From NCBI RefSeq assembly GCF_001194135.2, contig NC_068981.1:180273418-180313293 (forward strand): a stretch of 39,876 bases of DNA, read 5' to 3'. The notes beneath the pieces were generated by a model. The model worked only from the letters and a program-made list of their open reading frames with translations, was not told where the DNA came from and did not search any database. Numbering within the stretch: the stretch's first letter is position 1; the number at the start of each line of letters is the position of its first letter. The translations under genes and the position numbers were made by a program. Shown piece by piece: positions 33,536 through 39,876 of this stretch. The stretch comes from Octopus bimaculoides (Eukaryota).

Positions 33536-33992
33536 GAATATACACACACGCACGCACACACACACATACAACTCTACAATTTTGCTACGCGTAAATGCAT
33601 TTACAGTATATTATGCTTCTAGCGCGTGCAATGACTGGTACTAGTCGTATCAGATTCCCCTCTATGTGGATGGTTATATTTCACGCTATATGAAAGCAAA
33701 TTTCATGAAACCTAAACGCTGATTGTATATCTCTATGTAATTTAGGAACTAATAAGCACTGTATGTAAAGACATTTACAGGTAGTAACGGATAAAGGTAG
33801 TCGCAATCGTTTCAAGCCTTTCTTCTGTTTCTGATAGAAGCAACCACAGACCACTTTAAAACACGAAAATGTCTACCACAAATAAAAGGCCTTCATCCTT
33901 CGGAATTCCAATTTTAGATATGATAACTAACACACGCTTCTATATTTGCGTTAACAACCTTGAAAACAGTATGGTTTACATTAATTTTTTTC

Positions 33993-34208
33993 TTACTATG
34001 ATAGGCACAAGGCCTGAAATTCTGGAGGAGTGGGATAATCGATTACATAGACTCCAGTGCTCAACTGGTTCATATTTTATCTACTCCGAAATATTAACAG
34101 GCAAAGTCGACATCAAGGATATTTGACCTTCGAACTTAATGAGTCGGAAGAATGTCGCTAAGCATTTTCTCCAACGTGCTAATGATCCTACTAGTTCGTT
34201 GCCTTCTT
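33993..34208 (-). mobile_element. SINE family A, diverged
   Basis: aggcctgaaatt...cagtgctcaactgg...ggcaaagtcgac...gctaagcattt...gtgctaatga. Confidence 0.8.
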
Positions 34209-34819
34209 ATTGGACATTAATAATATCAGGAATTGTGCAAAAAAAAAACTACTAGTGTATTCTCTGACAGAACTAGTAACCTTTTGGAGTAGAAAGCAGC
34301 ATTTATAAAAGGCCCAGATGTTAATAATAACCAATATTTCGAAAACGACTTGTGCAAACATAATAATATGAGCAATGAGGCAAACTTTAAAAATAAAAAT
34401 TGTATATTAGATTTTCGTGTTTAGCTAGAGGCGAATCGTATCTTACGATTCAAGATGACAAAGATGATTATATCTCGAATACAAAATGTAGATTAATTAA
34501 TATGACAGAAACAGAAATATGATTAATTAGCAAGAATAACTCAAGAAGAATTAATAACATTAAAGATACAACAAGATGCCAGCTGTAGCATATCTGTAAT
34601 ATAGCATTTATTTGATTCAACAAAGTTAACAATATATATGAAGCTTTGTTTACTCAACGTGCCGTCGAATTTTACCCATTGTTTTCTAAATTTCAAGAGA
34701 GGTTTCGGAATATTATTCAAGGTCAGCACGGGGTTGATTTATTGCGCAGATATGCCCTGTGTGATCTCGTTATTCAATAAATATTGGATTCACAAAATAA
34801 CAAATCTCTAAACCTAAAT

Positions 34820-35035
34820 ATCATATTGGCTTCAAATTTTGGCTAAAGGCCAGCAAGTTCAGGGGAGGTGAGTCAATTACATTGACCCAAGTACTCAGCT
34901 GGTAGTTATTTTATAGACCTCCGAAATGATGAAACACAAAGTCGGACTCGGTGGAATTCGAACACAGAACGTAAAGACGGACGAAATACTTCTAAGCATC
35001 TTTCTCCCGGCCGTATTACAGTATGACAAAGGGCG
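34820..35035 (-). mobile_element. SINE family A, diverged
   Basis: ggccagcaagttc...cagctggtagttatttt...ggaattcgaacacagaacgtaaagacggacgaaat. Confidence 0.82.
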
Positions 35036-35154
35036 TTCACTAAACATTTTTAGGAAAGATCCTATTTGTACCTTTAACACTGTCTAAAACAACATAATAT
35101 CGTAAATCTCTAATATCATATCTTTATATCGACTCCATTCAGCTTCCACATAAC

Positions 35155-35474
35155 TACCTTCAAAATCACGAGCATGGACACTTTAGTGCAGCTATTCGAT
35201 ATTTTGAAGTCTTCAAATGTACAACTGTTTACCTAAAGATATAAGAACATACAAAACACCTCTACAGAAATGTTTAACGAAACATTGAATGAACTATTAA
35301 CCGAAATAATGGACAAAACAACTATACCCAAGGAAGACCAGCTGCCACTAATTCACTTGTGAACCATCTTCCAGCCTTAAAACTTCAACAAAACTGGAAA
35401 ATAATGGTAATCAATAAACAACAGATGTGGTGCTCTAGCATTGCCGCATGCAATCGATTGAAACAGCTTAAAGA
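35155..35474 (+). mobile_element. CR1/L2-group LINE 3' end with 3' UTR
   Basis: Frameshifted MYNCLPKDIRT / EMFNETLNELLTEIMDKTT / AATNSLVNHLP fits the LFNxLP..IR..FK..LD..L..IPD.P..AAxSNSL terminal pattern of CR1/L2-group ORF2. It is followed by a 48-nt tail and (TA)n. Confidence 0.65.
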
Positions 35475-35657
35475 CTATATATATATATATATATATATAA
35501 TTAATAATATCAAGGGTAATAAGAAATATTAGAAATTTCTACTACCAGTGGCCTGGCATGTAACATTTAGTCAATCGACTATATATTATTCATATAAATA
35601 CAGTCTACATTTAAACGCATAAGAGGCATCCATCATAGGATTCCTTGCACGCTAGAA

Positions 35658-35816
35658 AGAACAGTTAAATTGCAAACCACTATTTAGGGATAAAACTTCG
35701 AAGGGAATGAAAAATAAAAACATTTACCATCTACAGGAGTTAGATAGTAAATGTTTTTATCTTTCATTCCTTTCGAAGTTTTATCCCTAAATAGTGGTTT
35801 GGAATTTAACTGCTCT
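35658..35816. repeat. Near-perfect hairpin: 76-bp arms, 7-nt loop, truncated by gap
   Basis: 35658-35733 versus the reverse complement of 35741-35816: 71/76 identical, loop caggagt. Confidence 0.95.
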
Positions 35817-36262
35817 NNNNNNNNNNNNNNNNNNNNNNNNNNNNNNNNNNNNNNNNNNNNNNNNNNNNNNNNNNNNNNNNNNNNNNNNNNNNNNNNNNNN
35901 NNNNNNNNNNNNNNNNNNNNNNNNNNNNNNNNNNNNNNNNNNNNNNNNNNNNNNNNNNNNNNNNNNNNNNNNNNNNNNNNNNNNNNNNNNNNNNNNNNNN
36001 NNNNNNNNNNNNNNNNNNNNNNNNNNNNNNNNNNNNNNNNNNNNNNNNNNNNNNNNNNNNNNNNNNNNNNNNNNNNNNNNNNNNNNNNNNNNNNNNNNNN
36101 NNNNNNNNNNNNNNNNNNNNNNNNNNNNNNNNNNNNNNNNNNNNNNNNNNNNNNNNNNNNNNNNNNNNNNNNNNNNNNNNNNNNNNNNNNNNNNNNNNNN
36201 NNNNNNNNNNNNNNNNNNNNNNNNNNNNNNNNNNNNNNNNNNNNNNNNNNNNNNNNNNNNNN

Positions 36263-36320
<58 letters not shown>

Positions 36321-36442
36321 GGTGTGCATGCGTGCACATGAATACACATATCCATATTGAATAACATAGATAGACATATAGATAGATAGAAATGTATATA
36401 ATATTTGTGTATGTCAATGTACAGTATTTAAGCGTCCGCGAA

Positions 36443-36507
<65 letters not shown>

Positions 36508-36755
36508 GCGCCGCGCATGCTTAAACACTTTTGCACAGGATTATAAACATTAATTGGCTTTACTGTACAGAAAGATTGGATATTAGAATATATGACACCT
36601 ACACCAGAATATTTGGCTTGCGATTATCATTCAAGTAGGTTTCATATACGTGTGTGTGTGTGTGTATGTGTGTGTGTGTGTGTAAATATAAAGAAACTAA
36701 CATTTGTTTTTATAAGCGTCGAAATGTGTATAGAACGATACAAATTAGATGATAT

Positions 36756-36893
36756 TTTTTCGAACGCAGATTTGCCGTTAGAACAACTGAAATACTGGGT
36801 AAATTACCCCTACAAAGCGGAAAAAATTATCAACAACCAGGGAAATTTACCCAGTATTTCTGCAGTTCTACCGGTAATTCTGCGTTTGGAAAA
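36756..36893. repeat. Inverted repeat, 54-bp arms with 30-nt spacer (foldback MITE-like)
   Basis: 36756-36809 versus the reverse complement of 36840-36893: 45/54 identical. Confidence 0.85.
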
Positions 36894-36913
36894 CTATCTT
36901 CTAATTTGCATCG

Positions 36914-36955
<42 letters not shown>

Positions 36956-37446
36956 TACAAAATGGGACAAGAACGCAAAACATCCAGACAGTTAGGTGAT
37001 ACAAGAAAGGGATAGACGATAAAACATCCAGATAGACAATACAAAGAAAACAAGGACAGATCATTCGGAGTTTTCTTCCCTTAGTCGAGTTCCAGATTAT
37101 CTTTGCAATTTCGATTTAAATATATGAAGTCGTGTGCTGGAACTAAACCGAATGCAACGTGCAAGACATGACTTAGCCATTCAGAAAACCACAAAGACTG
37201 TCAACTTCACTTAAACGCTGATTAGTAATATGGTGTCAAAATTTCCGTCGCTCCTGAATGGCTAGCTTAGCGTTTTCCACGGTGCAATCGCCATGTATTC
37301 ATATTAATGTTTAATTTATGTCGAGTTATAATAAAATATAATTTTGCATTTTTACAGGGAACTAAAAGATTACTCAGTACTTTTTGTAGAGAGTATACTT
37401 ATTATTCTTTAAGAAGAATAGTATAAACAGTCACTTCGGAGTTAGC

Positions 37447-37481
<35 letters not shown>

Positions 37482-37835
37482 GTAACACCACAATTGAGTT
37501 CTTTCGCAAGTTACGGGCATTGTAACTTTTGGCTTTAACAAACTAACATTAACGAATAGAAGAATGTGTATGTTTGTGTAAGTGCATGCATGTATTTTTC
37601 TGTATCTGCTTATGTGTAACAACTACATATAATCACATACATAAGTTAAATATTTACACACAAACCCACACACACACACAGATATATATATATATATAAA
37701 TATATATAAGTAAATACTGAGGGAATCATTCCCACGCTAATCCGCAGCTAACGGTGAACAAGCAAAACATATACATTTAGTATGCGTGGTCGATAATAGT
37801 TTGCAACACTAGCGCTGCTTTTTATTCATAATTGA

Positions 37836-37888
<53 letters not shown>

Positions 37889-37934
37889 CACACATACGCG
37901 CTTGTGCGCACGCGTCTATATGTATATACGTGTA

Positions 37935-38380
37935 GAAGCAGATGGCTTTGTCGTCAGGGCGTCGCACCCACAATTGTAAGATTGTGTTTCCTGGACCGAG
38001 CGATGCGTTGTGTTCATTTCACGTTGCCCCAATCCACTCAGCTGGCCAAAATGAGTAATCCTACGATTACATACGCCACAGGATTCTGCAAACCGGTCTT
38101 AGGAGTCTATGTCTGCAAGTAGGAACTTTGTGATGTTTTTGATACACATAATTATTATTTCTTTTTTACTTATTTCGGCTGGCAAAAATGTGTAGCACCT
38201 GTATTTCAAAGGACCAACCTTGCCACATTCTGTGCCACGCTGAATCTCCCTGAGAACTACGTTAAGGGTACGTGTGTCTGTGGAGTGCTCAGCCACTTGC
38301 ACATTAATTTCACAAGCAGGCTGTTCCGTTGATCAGAACAACTGGAACACACATCGTCGGGAACCGATGGAGTGCCAGTT
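37935..38380 (+). mobile_element. SINE family C sequences (head-containing copy about 37935-38120 and a second body about 38175-38380)
   Basis: cctggaccgagcgatgcgttgtgttc is shared with 10460-10490. The block cagctggccaaaatgagt / cggctggcaaaaatgtgt occurs in both pieces. Confidence 0.65.
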
Positions 38381-38466
38381 TACGTGTTTCAGTCATTAGA
38401 CTGCAGCCCATGGTAGGGCACCACTTTGAAAGGTTTAGTTAGAGAGATCGACCCCAGCACTTATTG
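38379..38466 (-). mobile_element. SINE family B 3' tail fragment
   Basis: Reverse complement aataagtgctggggtcgat...gtggtgccctaccatgggctgcagtctaatgactgaaacacgtaa matches 11010-11090. Confidence 0.8.
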
Positions 38467-38841
38467 TTTTCAAGTGCGGTGATTTTTAAATCACAATTTT
38501 CTTGTCGAAACGCAAAGTTACGGAAAGGTAAGCAAACCAACACCGATTGTGAAGCGATTGTGGGAGACAATACAACAGAAACACATAGATATGTACATAC
38601 CTATGAATGTGTGTGTGTATATATGTGTGTGTGTGTGTGTGTGTCTATACAATATCCACGCTTAAGGCCTTGCTCAGACTGGAGATATAGAAGGTAGCAC
38701 ACAGTTGAACCGAACTCCAAACCAGATTATTGGCAAACAAGTTACTTGTATGCACAGGCACGCATGCGCCTATACAATCACACACACACGCACACACACA
38801 CACGCACACACACACACACAAATAGACAGACAAACAAACGA

Positions 38842-38907
<66 letters not shown>

Positions 38908-39876
38908 GGATAGATAGATAGATCTGGCTTTATAGAGTTTATATCACATATATAATTATATACATATATAAATGTACACAACTCGTTGCATTCATGTGTT
39001 GATCTGTGTGTCTTTGGATGTCTGTGCGTGTGTTTCTGTGTGTGAATTAGAGAGAGAGAGAGGGGGGTGCGCGCATGCACGTGCGTGTGTACGTTTGTGT
39101 GTAGTGTTTGTACGACTTATGTTCTAGGGATGTTATATTTCTTTTTTTGTGTGTATGGTTATATATTCAAATTATTAATACAAATCAAGACAGGGAAATT
39201 CATGTGTAGATTCTTTGAAATTATCATTTAATTCTCAGTATGGTTAATTAACGGATTGATTAATTTTCCTGTTGAGGTCTTGCTGCTTTTATCATATACG
39301 ATTTCAATTTCGTGATTTATTTCTATCGTCATTTAAAAAATACTTCTATTTTTATTTTCACACAGGCCACACAGACAGACACACACAAACAGACAGACAC
39401 ACAAAAACACACACACACTTACACATACACCCATACACTACTGGCATGCATAAACGCACATGTCAATTCACTAACGTTTAATTCGAACTTTAAGTATAAT
39501 CTTCTATTCATATCTCTACTATTCGTATAACATACTTACAAGCACAAAAACATACGTGCAGCGTCACACGCACATTCAGCTGGGTCACGTATATTTATAT
39601 ACACACGTCCAACGACGCATTAACTACACAGACTCACAGACATAGAATAAATATACACATTCACAGAAACATCACACAGACACACTATATATAGTTTTAC
39701 TTTCATATACTTAAATAAACATTTTATTAAAACATTGCATATATAGACAAAAATATATATATATATATATGTATATATAAATGTATATGTATATATGTAT
39801 ATATGTATGTATGTATATATATATGTATATATATGTATGGATATATATGTATATATATATGTAATTTATATATATA

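Noticed and set aside
36950-37105. Repeat-like segment with duplicated aaaacatccaga and a vague hammerhead-like motif on the minus strand
   Set aside because: The core reads CUAAGGG rather than CUGANGA, and it cannot be classified from this window.

Overview
AT-rich, repeat-dominated animal genomic scaffold with nine N-gaps, most of them next to microsatellites. The SINE families and microsatellite density suggest an octopus or other cephalopod; this is inference from remembered repeat families, not a search result. No intact protein-coding gene, tRNA gene or CRISPR array can be demonstrated, and most ORFs in the supplied track are microsatellite, gap or SINE artefacts. Real content: (1) three tRNA-headed SINE families, called A, B and C here, with more than 20 copies or fragments; (2) relics of several retrotransposon classes: an L1/Tx1 RT fragment with YADD, a 5'-intact Tx1/L1-like element showing only a CCHC ORF1, R4/Dong-type RLE 3' ends, a CR1/L2-group 3' end, a Penelope GIY-YIG domain and a probable solo LTR; (3) DNA elements: a Tc1/mariner MITE, a hAT-like end, a Helentron-associated HINE/DINE-1-like element and two foldback hairpins; (4) a 5S rRNA pseudogene and a Penelope-type minimal hammerhead ribozyme motif. 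A few exon-like islands may belong to a gene spanning the window, but the strand cannot be resolved by eye. Best leads: the apparently ORF1-only Tx1-like element nested in a SINE-B head, the hammerhead, the LINE 3' end sharing the SINE-B tail, and the 5S/tRNA-head composite.
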